Shown one piece after another: positions 10,458-20,240 of a stretch of DNA of 64,000 nucleotides (position 1 is the stretch's first letter; every line of letters starts with the position of its first letter). The notes under the pieces were generated by a model, which had not been told where the DNA came from, searched no databases, and saw only the letters and a list, made by a program, of their open reading frames with translations. Made by a program: the position numbers and the translations under genes. The stretch is from Chitinophagaceae bacterium (GTDB lineage Bacteria > Bacteroidota > Bacteroidia > Chitinophagales > UBA10324), in the NCBI GenBank assembly GCA_947474435.1, contig CANJII010000007.1, positions 41,146 to 105,145 of the forward strand, given 5' to 3'.

Positions 10458-10553
10458 AGCTATTTGCTTTTAGCTATTTACTGAATCAGCAATGGAAAAT
10501 GAATAGAATTGAAAATCGCTAACACCTAAAAGCTAACAGTTAAACGCTAACTA
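10458..10553. repeat. Degenerate inverted heptamer-repeat element
   Basis: Left arm of TAGCT(A/T)T-like units and right arm of GCTAA(C/A)-like units at about 7-bp period. Confidence 0.45.
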
Positions 10554-10555
10554 AA

Positions 10556-11137
10556 ATGCTCGGACTAAAATTACCAACCGACCCGCGATGGGTAAATCTT
10601 GCTGAAAAAAGTTTGGAAGAAGTACTAACCGACCATGCGTACTGCGAACAAAAAGCATCGAGCACCTGCATCAGTTTAATTCAATCGTATCCGGAGCGTG
10701 TTGAGTTGGTGGATGAACTCGCTCCAATTGTTACAGAAGAGTGGGGTCACTTCCGTCAGGTGTTAGCCGAATTGAAAAAAAGAAATCTGAAATTGGGCAG
10801 GCAGCGAAAAGATGAATATGTAAATCAGCTTTTTCTGAATGAACGAAAAAATATAGCACCCGAAGAACGAATGCTCGACAAACTTTTAATCAGCGCCTTG
10901 ATAGAAGCGCGAAGCTGCGAGCGGTTTAAATTATTAAGCGAAGGATTAGAAGATGAGTCAATGCGCACCTTTTATCGTGGCTTCATGGAATCGGAAGCAG
11001 GGCACTACCGGTTATTTATTTCACTGGCAAAAAAATACTTTCCGGAAGAAAAAGTAAAAACGCGATGGAATGAATTTTTAGAAATTGAAAAAAATATTAT
11101 TGAGGGATTGGAAGTGAGAGGAGATCGAATGCATTAG
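10556..11137 (+). CDS. miaE: tRNA-(ms2io6A37) hydroxylase MiaE
   Basis: DHAYCEQKA, EEWGHF, LIEARSCERF and SEAGHY diiron motifs. Confidence 0.93.
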   Translation: MLGLKLPTDPRWVNLAEKSLEEVLTDHAYCEQKASSTCISLIQSYPERVELVDELAPIVTEEWGHFRQVLAELKKRNLKLGRQRKDEYVNQLFLNERKNIAPEERMLDKLLISALIEARSCERFKLLSEGLEDESMRTFYRGFMESEAGHYRLFISLAKKYFPEEKVKTRWNEFLEIEKNIIEGLEVRGDRMH

Positions 11138-11258
11138 GGGTAGTTTGAAGATATTGTTTTACTTTTTCTTCCAGATTAGATATTTTTTTTCTCAGGTACT
11201 ATAATCAATCTTTCTGCAGTTTTTTGTCCTTTAAAATTAAAAAACGATAAATGCAAGT

Positions 11259-11741
11259 ATGAGAAAAATCTTCTTATTGTCAATCTGTGTTCTTTTTTCT
11301 TCAATGATTTATGCACAAACACAGCTGAATAATTTTGATCAAATGATGTCTGCTTTCAAAACTGGCAAAAGTGTGAAAGCAGTAATTTATTATGGGAAAT
11401 GCAAGTTATTTTCAGAAGGCATAGAGCAAACAGATACCATAAATGCAATAGGAGGAATGGAACTTAGTACATATGAATATTTTGATTCAAGCGTATTCAA
11501 AGGAAAGGTTCCATCATTTGTTACAAGTTCCCAAACTATATTAATAAGTCATCCTACTTATGGATATGTATATAATTATGTGAAAATTAAAATCCGCATT
11601 GATAATACTGTAGAAATAACTGCAAGGTATTTAAAGCCAAAAATGTTTTCTTCAAAATTTAAAATAGTTATGGATGAAACATTCAAAGGAAGAATAAATG
11701 ACGGATCGAATGATGGAGGCGTTATGTTTTTTGCGGAATAA
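11259..11741 (+). CDS. Secreted protein, VirK-like family
   Basis: Signal peptide; G-KSVKAVIYYGKC pattern and beta-rich body resemble VirK proteins. Confidence 0.55.
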   Translation: MRKIFLLSICVLFSSMIYAQTQLNNFDQMMSAFKTGKSVKAVIYYGKCKLFSEGIEQTDTINAIGGMELSTYEYFDSSVFKGKVPSFVTSSQTILISHPTYGYVYNYVKIKIRIDNTVEITARYLKPKMFSSKFKIVMDETFKGRINDGSNDGGVMFFAE

Positions 11742-11781
11742 TGAGTTAATTATTTTGCTGATTTTTAGAATGCAAACCAAA

Positions 11782-12144
11782 TTAATGTTTTATAAAATAG
11801 TTTATTTTACTCCTTATATCCTTTAGAATTTCTGCATTTGCATACGGATATTGATAACCTGGTTCTGTAGTAACTACCCCGGGAAAATGTTCCTTCAAAT
11901 AATTTCTAATTCTGATTCTTTGTTCTTCAGAATATCTACCGCCTATTAAAATCAAATCTACTTTTTTTAATGTGGTCAATCTTTGCAATCCTTCTTCTTC
12001 ACTAAAACTACCTATTGCTGTAACAGTTTTAAGGTTATTCTTTATCAATAAAACTACTTCATTCATTCTTTCCGGATTTCCTCCAAACAAAACGATTACA
12101 GGTGCGGTTTCTTCTAGAAAAATGTATTCTCTGATTAGCGTCAT
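11782..12144 (-). CDS. Hypothetical protein (receiver-like alpha/beta fold possible)
   Basis: 120 aa with a VDLILIGG motif; overlaps the pirin stop by 4 bp. Confidence 0.6.
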   Translation of the reverse strand: MTLIREYIFLEETAPVIVLFGGNPERMNEVVLLIKNNLKTVTAIGSFSEEEGLQRLTTLKKVDLILIGGRYSEEQRIRIRNYLKEHFPGVVTTEPGYQYPYANAEILKDIRSKINYFIKH

Positions 12145-12851
12145 AAAGTTTTTATTCCTCTGTGCATTGGAACTTCTACAAAAATTAATTCGGCATCTGC
12201 AAGTGACTTGATTGAAAAATTTTCAGTTTCATAAATTCCTATTGCATCTCCTGCTTCAAGTTTCACATTGGCAATTTCAATAGAACCTGTTGCGCAATGA
12301 ACATAAACTCCATTGTCCTTTAAATTCATTTTATAGCTAATTGAATTTCCTTCCTCCAGTTTTGAAACGCTAAAGAATGCATCCTGATTTATTAAAGCTG
12401 TTTCATTTCTGCCATCAGGTGAAAGTGTAAGTAGAACTTTGTTGAGTTTGTCTTTCGCTTGATAACTAAATTTTCCATGTTGTGGTTGTACACTTTCCTT
12501 TTTAGGATAAACCCAAATTTGAAAACTGTGAAATGATTCCGTCTTTGAAGCATTGAATTCACTGTGCATAATGCCTGTTCCGGCACTCATGGTCTGTACA
12601 CAATTTTCATTAATAATACCTTCGCTGCCGGTATTATCTTTATGAGCTTGTGAACCTGAAATAACGATGGTACTTATCTCCATATTTTGATGCGGATGCA
12701 TTCCAAAACCTTGTCCGGGTTCAACTACATCATCAGCAAAACCGCATAACTCTCCAAAGTTGGTTTGATAAGGGACAAAAGCGTATGCACTTTTTTTCCA
12801 GGTATCATGCTTGTGAATTCTGCCGGTATTATTTCTTAAAACAAATTTCAT
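12141..12851 (-). CDS. Pirin family protein (YhhW-like)
   Basis: GFGMHPHQNMEI, HKDNTG, MSAGTGIMHSEFN and FQIW cupin motifs. Confidence 0.92.
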   Translation of the reverse strand: MKFVLRNNTGRIHKHDTWKKSAYAFVPYQTNFGELCGFADDVVEPGQGFGMHPHQNMEISTIVISGSQAHKDNTGSEGIINENCVQTMSAGTGIMHSEFNASKTESFHSFQIWVYPKKESVQPQHGKFSYQAKDKLNKVLLTLSPDGRNETALINQDAFFSVSKLEEGNSISYKMNLKDNGVYVHCATGSIEIANVKLEAGDAIGIYETENFSIKSLADAELIFVEVPMHRGIKTL

Positions 12852-12882
12852 TTATAGAATTATAAAGACGCAATATTTGAAA

Positions 12883-13296
12883 TCAGGCATTACTTTTTTT
12901 ACTTCTGTTAATGAAATACAATAGTACAAGTGGTACTACAAAGTGCATTGGGGCAAGAGATAAGGAGTAATGCATCGTTGCATTCGGAATTGCTGTAAAT
13001 GGTGCTGCAGAAGAAAACAACATTAGAATAATTGTAACAATGCTGAATATTCTAAATCCATTTTTTGTGTATTTCTCTAATAGGAAAAATACAAGTGAAG
13101 CAATAAATGTGGGAACAATGCTTGCCATAATAACAGGAACTATTGTCAATGGCTGATTTGGTTGAATAAAAATATCATCAGTTATCCAGCCCATTGATTT
13201 AAAAATAAAGAACAGAATGGAATTGATAATTACTGAAACTGCAGCTGCCGAAAGACCAGCTATCATTACTTGTTTGAAGTTTAGCTTGTTTGTCAT
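12883..13296 (-). CDS. Four-TM membrane protein (DUF6069-like)
   Basis: Four hydrophobic helices ending in a LAPMH motif; co-oriented with MarR and pirin. Confidence 0.6.
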   Translation of the reverse strand: MTNKLNFKQVMIAGLSAAAVSVIINSILFFIFKSMGWITDDIFIQPNQPLTIVPVIMASIVPTFIASLVFFLLEKYTKNGFRIFSIVTIILMLFSSAAPFTAIPNATMHYSLSLAPMHFVVPLVLLYFINRSKKSNA

Positions 13297-13350
13297 TTTT
13301 TGATTTGATTGTAAAGTGTGATTTAATTTATGATTAATGTTGATTGTTTA

Positions 13351-13370
13351 ATGATTGATTACGCAACTAT
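13351..13370. promoter_or_regulatory. Candidate MarR operator
   Basis: ATGATTGATTACGCAACTAT, 14/20 identical to a site at 13825-13844 upstream of the MarR gene. Confidence 0.4.
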
Positions 13371-13384
13371 TGGAACAAAAAATT

Positions 13385-13819
13385 TTAACTTAAGTTCTCA
13401 ATAGTCTTATTCAGCACTTTCATACAAACTTCCAGGTCGCTTTTGCTGATGCCTTTTAGCGCATCATCTATGGCTGCCTGACCGCATGCCATTGCATCTT
13501 TTTCAATAGCTTTTCCTTTTTTGGTAAGTTGAATTTTAAATATTCTCCGGTCGCTTTCATGGTCCGTTCTTTCTACAATGCCTTCTCTTTCTAAAATGTC
13601 AATGATGCGCGTAACATTTGCCCTGTCGCGAAGCGAACCTGCCGCTAATTCTTGCTGTGAACAACCGTTATGTTGCCACAAATGTGTAAGTACCCTAAAC
13701 TGGTCAGGAGTAATGGGAAGGTTCTTCTCCTTCATATGCTTTGCAAGTTGCCGAAAAACATAGGTATAAGCGACTCCTAAAATTCGCCCATAAGATTTGT
13801 CAACTTGTACTTCGTTCAT
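13385..13819 (-). CDS. MarR family transcriptional regulator
   Basis: DRANVTRIIDILEREG wHTH and DRR...LTKKG wing; ATG at 13819 preferred over TTG at 13825. Confidence 0.92.
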   Translation of the reverse strand: MNEVQVDKSYGRILGVAYTYVFRQLAKHMKEKNLPITPDQFRVLTHLWQHNGCSQQELAAGSLRDRANVTRIIDILEREGIVERTDHESDRRIFKIQLTKKGKAIEKDAMACGQAAIDDALKGISKSDLEVCMKVLNKTIENLS

Positions 13820-13824
13820 TTGCA

Positions 13825-13848
13825 ATTGTTAAATACGCAACAAATGTA
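13825..13848 (-). promoter_or_regulatory. Candidate MarR operator overlapping a -7 promoter element (TACATTTG)
   Basis: TTGTT-N8-AACAA inverted repeat overlapping a TAnnTTTG match at 13841-13848. Confidence 0.45.
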
Positions 13849-13997
13849 AATCAATTTTTAATTTTGCAAAATTCTTTTTTCTTTAAGAAAGAGCTTTGTG
13901 GTATTTGAAATAAATGCTGATAAATAAAACTTTGTTCCTTAATGAAAAATAGAATGAACTTATCATTCGTCTTGATGATTAAATGAGATAATTAACC

Positions 13998-14594
13998 ATG
14001 AAAAAAATGAACATCGTTTACGGCGTTGCAGGAATGATAGTCATGTTGCTGATTTTTTCTCAATTGTTTGCTATGAAAGAAACCAATAAAATTGAAATGT
14101 ATCCTTATACAGTTGTTAAGGACTATGGCACTTTTGAAATACGCAAGTATGAACCAGCTAATTTTACAAGTGTTACACTTTCAGGAAAGACTTATAGTGA
14201 AACTGCCAATCGCGGATTTAGAACCTTGGCCGGATATATTTTCGGAGGTAATGCAACGAATGAAAAAATACCCATGACTTCGCCTGTTACCATGAATATG
14301 GGCGACTCAGTAACCATGCGGTTTTTGTTACCTGCGGATAAAAAAATTGATTCATTGCCTAAGCCAAATGCTTCAAATATTCAATTTACGACCGAGCCTT
14401 CAAAAACAATGGCGGCAATTCGGTTCGGAGGTTGGGCTAGCGATAAAAAAATATCAACAAATACGCAAAAGCTAACTGAACTTTTAAAACAGAATGGAAT
14501 CACCTCCATCGGAAAATTTTCCTATTTTGGTTACAATCCTCCTTTTATGATTTTCAATAGGAGAAACGAAGTGGTTGTGGAGGTAATTTATTGA
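13998..14594 (+). CDS. SOUL heme-binding family protein
   Basis: FEIRKY, GFRTLAGYIFGGN, IPMTSPV and YNPP...RRNEV motifs. Confidence 0.92.
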   Translation: MKKMNIVYGVAGMIVMLLIFSQLFAMKETNKIEMYPYTVVKDYGTFEIRKYEPANFTSVTLSGKTYSETANRGFRTLAGYIFGGNATNEKIPMTSPVTMNMGDSVTMRFLLPADKKIDSLPKPNASNIQFTTEPSKTMAAIRFGGWASDKKISTNTQKLTELLKQNGITSIGKFSYFGYNPPFMIFNRRNEVVVEVIY

Positions 14595-14610
14595 AACTGC
14601 AACCTATCCA

Positions 14611-16002
14611 TTAACTAACCAGCATTGCTGTCTCAATGTGCAATCCTGTTTCTTTAATTTTATTAAAGCCACCACTTACATTAATTATTCTGCTGAATCC
14701 ATGTTTCTTAAGAATGGAAGCTGCAATCATTGAGCGGTATCCTCCGGCACAATGAACCAGAAATTCTGCTTCATCATTCAACTCGCTTAATCTGTTTTCC
14801 AAATCGCGCAACGGAATGTTGTTGGCTTCATGCAAATGACCGGAGTTAAATTCAGCAACACGGCGAACATCTAAAACAACTCCGCGCCCTTCCTTGTATT
14901 GATGCGCAAATTCTTCAGCGCTAATTGATTCAATTTTTTCAATTGGCTCGCCGGCATATTCCCAACTTTTAATTCCACCAGTTAAAAATCCTGCTACATT
15001 TTCCATTCCCACTCTTGCCAAACGAAGTATTGCTTCCTTCTCACGATCTTCATCAGAAACAATTATTATCCGCTGATTGATGTCAATTAAAGTTCCGGCC
15101 CACACCGCAAACGAATCGTCCATGCCGATGTTGATTGAATTTTTTATAAATCCTTTTTCAAAATCATCAGCCTTTCTCGCATCAATTATCAATGCGCCAT
15201 TTGCAATTTCGTTTTTCACTTCATCAACTTTCAATGCGTGTCCATTTCGTTTCATTACATCATCAATGTTTTCATAACCACTTCGGTTGATGATTGCATT
15301 CTTCACAAAATATTTTGGTGCAGGAATCTGGTCTGCTAATATCACTTTCATAAACTCTTCGCGGCTCATTGGTTGTAACGCATAATTGGTCAGCTTTTCT
15401 TTTCCAATTGTGCTCTCGGTTTCTTTTCCAATGCTCTTGCCGCACATTGAACCTGGACCATGACCGGGATAAACAATCACATGATCAGGCAATGGCTTAA
15501 TTTTATTATTGAGTGTATCGTATAAAGTATTGGATTGTTCTTCTTTCGAAATTATCACTCCATCTAACAAATCAGGACGACCAACATCACCAACAAAAAG
15601 TGCATCACCTGTAAAAATGCTGTTCTCGTTTCCATTAACATCAAGCACTAAGTAACTTGTACTTTCAGGTGTATGGCCGGGAGTGTGAATTGCTTGTATA
15701 GAAATTTTTCCTAAAGGAAAAACTTCTCCATCAGCAGCATTATAGATTTCGAATTTCGCCTGTGCACCGGGGCCGAAAATTATTTTAGCTCCGGTTTTTT
15801 TCGCTAAATCAATATGACCACTTACAAAGTCAGCATGAAAATGCGTTTCGAAAATGTACTTGATTTTTGCACCTCGCTCTTCAGCAAGTTGAATGTATGG
15901 TTCGGTTTCACGAATGGGGTCAACCACTGCGGCTTCACCATTTGATTCAATGTAGTATGCAGCCTTAGCAAGGCAATTGGTATAAAGTTGTTTGATGAAC
16001 AT
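14611..16002 (-). CDS. MBL-fold persulfide dioxygenase-like protein fused to two rhodanese domains
   Basis: THFHADFVSG, TPGHT, GD.LF...VGRPDL and PGHG motifs; C-terminal HCAGGYRS; ATG at 16002 preferred. Confidence 0.9.
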   Translation of the reverse strand: MFIKQLYTNCLAKAAYYIESNGEAAVVDPIRETEPYIQLAEERGAKIKYIFETHFHADFVSGHIDLAKKTGAKIIFGPGAQAKFEIYNAADGEVFPLGKISIQAIHTPGHTPESTSYLVLDVNGNENSIFTGDALFVGDVGRPDLLDGVIISKEEQSNTLYDTLNNKIKPLPDHVIVYPGHGPGSMCGKSIGKETESTIGKEKLTNYALQPMSREEFMKVILADQIPAPKYFVKNAIINRSGYENIDDVMKRNGHALKVDEVKNEIANGALIIDARKADDFEKGFIKNSINIGMDDSFAVWAGTLIDINQRIIIVSDEDREKEAILRLARVGMENVAGFLTGGIKSWEYAGEPIEKIESISAEEFAHQYKEGRGVVLDVRRVAEFNSGHLHEANNIPLRDLENRLSELNDEAEFLVHCAGGYRSMIAASILKKHGFSRIINVSGGFNKIKETGLHIETAMLVS

Positions 16003-16083
16003 GGGAACTATTTTTTTTTGAATAAAAATTACTGTGGAAGAATCAGCAGACACAAATATTTTAATCAATCAGCTCTAATCATG

Positions 16084-16095
16084 TGATAAAAATCA
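16084..16095. promoter_or_regulatory. FNR-type box TGATAAAAATCA
   Basis: Perfect TGAT-N4-ATCA about 80 bp upstream of the MBL-rhodanese start; overlaps the upstream gene's stop codon. Confidence 0.4.
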
Positions 16096-16407
16096 TTTCG
16101 AAAATTTCCTGAGATTCATCCAGCTTCCGCCATTGTGTACTTCTTTAAACCCTTCTGATTTTAAAATACTTTTTGCCGAACCACTTCTCATTCCGGAAGC
16201 GCAACAAGTAATTACCGGTTTGTCTTTTTTCAGTTTCGATAAATTGCTTTGCAAATTATTCAACGGAATGTTCAATGAACCTTTCACATGGCCACCTGCA
16301 TATTCCGCTTTAGTGCGAACATCTAAAATCACTGCTCCTTCATTCATCAGTTTTTCGAAATCTGCTTTGGGGCCGAAGCCCAATAAGTTTTTTATTGTTG
16401 CGATCAT
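16093..16407 (-). CDS. Rhodanese-like domain protein
   Basis: DVRT..EY..GH, NIPL and CCASGMRS motifs. Confidence 0.92.
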   Translation of the reverse strand: MIATIKNLLGFGPKADFEKLMNEGAVILDVRTKAEYAGGHVKGSLNIPLNNLQSNLSKLKKDKPVITCCASGMRSGSAKSILKSEGFKEVHNGGSWMNLRKFSK

Positions 16408-16697
16408 GCTCGGTTGTTATTTGTTTGATTTAAAAATTCATATTCCACATCCATCCACGAACCACCGTTGTGAATTTCAGTAAATCCGTTTTGAAGTAAG
16501 TAACGATGCGCTTGTCCGCTTCTGTTTCCGGAAGCACAACATAAAATTATTTTTCCGGGAATGTTTTTCAGTTCATCCATTCTGTCAGCAAGTTCATCTA
16601 GTGGAATGTTGATGGAACCATTCACATGTCCCATTGAAAATTCACCGGGCGTTCGCACATCCACAACAAACAAATTATTAATTGACTTTACATCCAT
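16404..16697 (-). CDS. Rhodanese-like domain protein
   Basis: DVRTPGEF..GH and CCASGNRS motifs; paralog of the adjacent gene. Confidence 0.92.
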   Translation of the reverse strand: MDVKSINNLFVVDVRTPGEFSMGHVNGSINIPLDELADRMDELKNIPGKIILCCASGNRSGQAHRYLLQNGFTEIHNGGSWMDVEYEFLNQTNNNRA

Positions 16698-16725
16698 TTT
16701 TTTATTCAGATTTTTAATTGAGAAA

Positions 16726-16947
16726 TTACGAAGATTGCTTTTGATCAGTTTTCTTTTTTGTATTTAAACCGAATGGTAAGTACAACGGGCAAAAACTTAT
16801 AAAACTTGTAAGTATAAAAATTCCTGCAAGAATTAAAAGAATGATTGCGGTGGTTCCTGTAATTTGATTAGTGGCATAAAGAATTGCAATTGTGACTGCA
16901 ACCAGTAATCTGAAGATGCGGTCAACTGTTCCCATGTTTGTTTTCAT
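16726..16947 (-). CDS. DUF2892 (YgaP-like) membrane protein
   Basis: MKTNMGTVDR...R and FCPLY..FG motifs; ATG at 16947. Confidence 0.9.
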   Translation of the reverse strand: MKTNMGTVDRIFRLLVAVTIAILYATNQITGTTAIILLILAGIFILTSFISFCPLYLPFGLNTKKKTDQKQSS

Positions 16948-17009
16948 GATGATTGATTTTTTTGTAATGCAAATTACAATCAGTGAAAAAGAACAGTTGG
17001 CAACCAATG

Positions 17010-17636
17010 TTACACAAGCAAAATTTTATTCCGGAAAAGTTTAACTGTTCCGTTTGTTTCCATCTGTTTCAATAACCGTGAAACAACTACGCGCGCAGTT
17101 CCCAATTCTTCTGCTAATTGCTGGTGTGTAATATTTATTTCGTTTGAACCGTTTATCTTTTTTTTCTCTTCTAAATAATTTAAAATGCGCTCATCCATTT
17201 TTTTAAATGCAATGGCATTCACTACTTCTAACAACTCTTCAAATCGCTTGTGATACAAGCGGAAAATGTAATCGAGCATTTCCGATGATTCACTTAATAA
17301 GGTGTTTAGTTTTTCAATCGGAAGCAAAATCACTTCCACATCTTCATCAGCCACCGCACGCACTTTGCTTGTTTCGTGATGCATGCCACCAAGGAACGAC
17401 ATGATGCAGCTTTCGCCGGCTTTGATGTAGTACAATAATATTTCATGGCCATCTTCATCGGTTCGCATCACACGCATGCTGCCTGTTTTTACAAACGGAA
17501 TGGAGCGGATGTTTGCATTTGCTTCAAGTATAACATCGCCTTCATTGAAGGTTTTTAGTGTTCCGAATTTCTCCAGGTTTTCTTTAAAGACTGATGAGAA
17601 TTGAAAGTTGGGAAGCGTGGTGGTTATGGTGCTCAA
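17010..17636 (-). CDS. Crp/Fnr family transcriptional regulator
   Basis: cNMP-binding barrel (GHEILLY, GESC) and HTH ITHQQLAEELGTARVVVSRLLK. Confidence 0.92.
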   Translation of the reverse strand: MSTITTTLPNFQFSSVFKENLEKFGTLKTFNEGDVILEANANIRSIPFVKTGSMRVMRTDEDGHEILLYYIKAGESCIMSFLGGMHHETSKVRAVADEDVEVILLPIEKLNTLLSESSEMLDYIFRLYHKRFEELLEVVNAIAFKKMDERILNYLEEKKKINGSNEINITHQQLAEELGTARVVVSRLLKQMETNGTVKLFRNKILLV

Positions 17637-17731
17637 TTTATTTTTGATTGTTTTTTATGAAATGGAGATCTGAATTGTTTGTTCATTACAATTAATAGTG
17701 GCAAAGTGAATCTATTAAATTGATTTACCAT

Positions 17732-17743
17732 TGACAAAAATCA
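17732..17743. promoter_or_regulatory. FNR-type box TGACAAAAATCA
   Basis: One mismatch to TGAT-N4-ATCA, about 45 bp upstream of the CcoI-like ATPase. Confidence 0.5.
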
Positions 17744-17787
17744 TATGTTAATTGATAATCTGTTTTCATTTTTGAAAAAATATTTTC

Positions 17788-20187
17788 ATGCTCTCCGTTC
17801 AAAAGGTTCAGGTAAAAAACTGCTATCACTGTGGCGATGAATGTTATGGTGAACCCATTCGTTTTAACGAAAAAGATTTTTGTTGCGAAGGCTGCAAATT
17901 GGTTTTTGAATTGTTGGATGAAAACAATTTGTGCTCTTACTATTCGCTCAACGAGAAATCAGGAAATAAAATTAAAGCGCCATCGCGCGGACGGTTTTTT
18001 TTTTTAGAAGATGAAACAGTAACGAAACATTTATATCGTTTCAGAGATAACGATACTACGGTTGTTCAGTTTTCTATTCCGAGAATTCATTGCAGTTCAT
18101 GTATTTATTTATTGGAACGATTGCATTCACTTAACAACGGAGTGATGAAAAGCGAAGTGAATTTTCTGAAAAAGGAAGTCACTATAAATTTCAAGCATCG
18201 TGTAACTTCATTGCGTGAAGTGGTGGAGTTGATGGTTCGGTTGGGTTACGAACCTGAGTTGAATATGAATGCATTGGAAGGAAAAGCAAATATCAAATTA
18301 TCCCGCAAACTCATTTACCAGATTGGATTAACCGGATTTGCTTTTGGAAATATCATGTTGCTTTCCTTTCCTGAATACCTTGCAGGTGAAAATGGTTTGT
18401 CTGCTTCATGGAAAAATATTTTCGGTTACCTGAATTTGGCATTGGCAATACCTGTTGCTGTTTATGGAGCGCAGGATTATTTCGTGAATGCATTTAAAGG
18501 ATTGCGTGAAAAATATTTCAATATTGATTTGCCAATTGCATTGGGAATTTTAGCCATGATGGTTCGGAGCAGTTATGAAATCCTTTCTCACACAGGTGCC
18601 GGCTATTTTGATTCAATGAGTGGATTGATTTTCTTTTTATTGTTGGGAAGATATTTTCAGAATAAAACTTATGAAACACTTTCGTTTGAGCGCGATTACA
18701 AATCGTACTTCCCGCTTGCTGTTCAATTGAAAAGTAAGGAAGGAGAAATTTCTATTGCTGTCAGCAAGCTAAAACCAACTGATAAAATTATTATTCACAG
18801 CGAAGAAGTTATTCCTGCTGATGCAATTTTACTGAGCCCGCATGCTTCTATTGATTTCAGTTTTGTCACAGGAGAATCAGCACCCGTTTTGAAAATGAAA
18901 GGTGATACTATATATGCTGGTGGGCGACAAAAGGGTTCGGCTATTGAATTGGAAGTTTCGCAAACTGTATCGCAGAGTTATCTCACTCGCTTGTGGAATA
19001 ATGATGCATTCACCAAAAAGAAAAATGAAACTATTTCGAGATTGGCTGATACCATTTCTAAATATTTCACCATCGTAATTATTTTAATTGCAGTTACCGC
19101 ATTTCTTTACTGGTATCCGAAAAATATAAAAACTGCCATGCAAGCATTGACCGCGGTTTTAATTATCGCATGTCCATGTGCCTTAGCCATTACAGTTCCG
19201 TTTACAATGGGACATGTAGTTCGATTCCTTGGTCGCATTGGTTTCTATGTAAAGAACACAGCGGTAATTGAAACATTGGCAAATTGTGATACAATCGTAT
19301 TTGATAAAACCGGAACACTTTCGTTGCAGGATGAATCGGATTTGAATTTTGTAGGTGATGTATTAACATCGAATCAAAAATCAATGATTGCATCGCTCGC
19401 GTACCAATCATCGCATCCGCTCAGCAGAACCATGTATGAAAGTTTGAAAAATTTCGGACTGAAAAAAGTTCGTGATTTTGTTGAAACTCCCGGAAAAGGA
19501 ATTGAAGGATTGATTGAAGGAAAAAAAATTAAACTAGGTTCTGCAACTTTTGTGGCAGCAGAAAACAGAAATCTCATTAACAATCAAACGGTTTTTATTC
19601 AGATAGAAAATGAAGTGTTGGGGTATTTATCTTTTAAGCAAGCCTACCGAAAAGGATTGAGTGGATTGATGAAAAATTTACGAAACAGATTTTCTCTATT
19701 TCTTTTATCAGGTGATAACGATGGAGATAAAAAATTTCTTTCTGAATTTTATCAAGCTGATGAAATGTATTTTAATCAATCACCATCTGAAAAACTGCAA
19801 TTCATAAAACAACTGAAAGACCAAGGAAAAAAAGTAGTAATGGCCGGTGATGGATTAAACGATGCGGGTGCTTTGCAGCAAGCAGATGCCGGAATATCTA
19901 TCACCGATAAAATCACACAATTCACTCCGGCATCAGATGTAATAATGGATGGAAAAATTGTTGATCGCTTGCCGGAAGTTTTGAAATTCACCCGTTCAGG
20001 TTTAAATATTATCAAGGGAATATTTATTGTTTCACTTGCATATAACATCATCGGAATTTCATTTGCTGTGCAAGGCACTTTATCGCCATTAGTTGCTGCG
20101 ATACTGATGCCGTTGTCTGCTTTTACTGTTATTATTCTTTCTTACATTTTTGTTTACATCATTGCAAGAAAACAAAAATTTATTTGA
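17788..20187 (+). CDS. Heavy-metal P1B-type ATPase, CcoI/FixI-like
   Basis: N-terminal CYHC/CC.GC metal domain, HMA CSSC, TGES, CPC, DKTGT and GDGLNDA motifs. Confidence 0.9.
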   Translation: MLSVQKVQVKNCYHCGDECYGEPIRFNEKDFCCEGCKLVFELLDENNLCSYYSLNEKSGNKIKAPSRGRFFFLEDETVTKHLYRFRDNDTTVVQFSIPRIHCSSCIYLLERLHSLNNGVMKSEVNFLKKEVTINFKHRVTSLREVVELMVRLGYEPELNMNALEGKANIKLSRKLIYQIGLTGFAFGNIMLLSFPEYLAGENGLSASWKNIFGYLNLALAIPVAVYGAQDYFVNAFKGLREKYFNIDLPIALGILAMMVRSSYEILSHTGAGYFDSMSGLIFFLLLGRYFQNKTYETLSFERDYKSYFPLAVQLKSKEGEISIAVSKLKPTDKIIIHSEEVIPADAILLSPHASIDFSFVTGESAPVLKMKGDTIYAGGRQKGSAIELEVSQTVSQSYLTRLWNNDAFTKKKNETISRLADTISKYFTIVIILIAVTAFLYWYPKNIKTAMQALTAVLIIACPCALAITVPFTMGHVVRFLGRIGFYVKNTAVIETLANCDTIVFDKTGTLSLQDESDLNFVGDVLTSNQKSMIASLAYQSSHPLSRTMYESLKNFGLKKVRDFVETPGKGIEGLIEGKKIKLGSATFVAAENRNLINNQTVFIQIENEVLGYLSFKQAYRKGLSGLMKNLRNRFSLFLLSGDNDGDKKFLSEFYQADEMYFNQSPSEKLQFIKQLKDQGKKVVMAGDGLNDAGALQQADAGISITDKITQFTPASDVIMDGKIVDRLPEVLKFTRSGLNIIKGIFIVSLAYNIIGISFAVQGTLSPLVAAILMPLSAFTVIILSYIFVYIIARKQKFI

Positions 20188-20240
20188 TTGAATGATAGAG
20201 TGCGTGACCACATGCACAGAGGCAGACGAAATAGTTTTAA

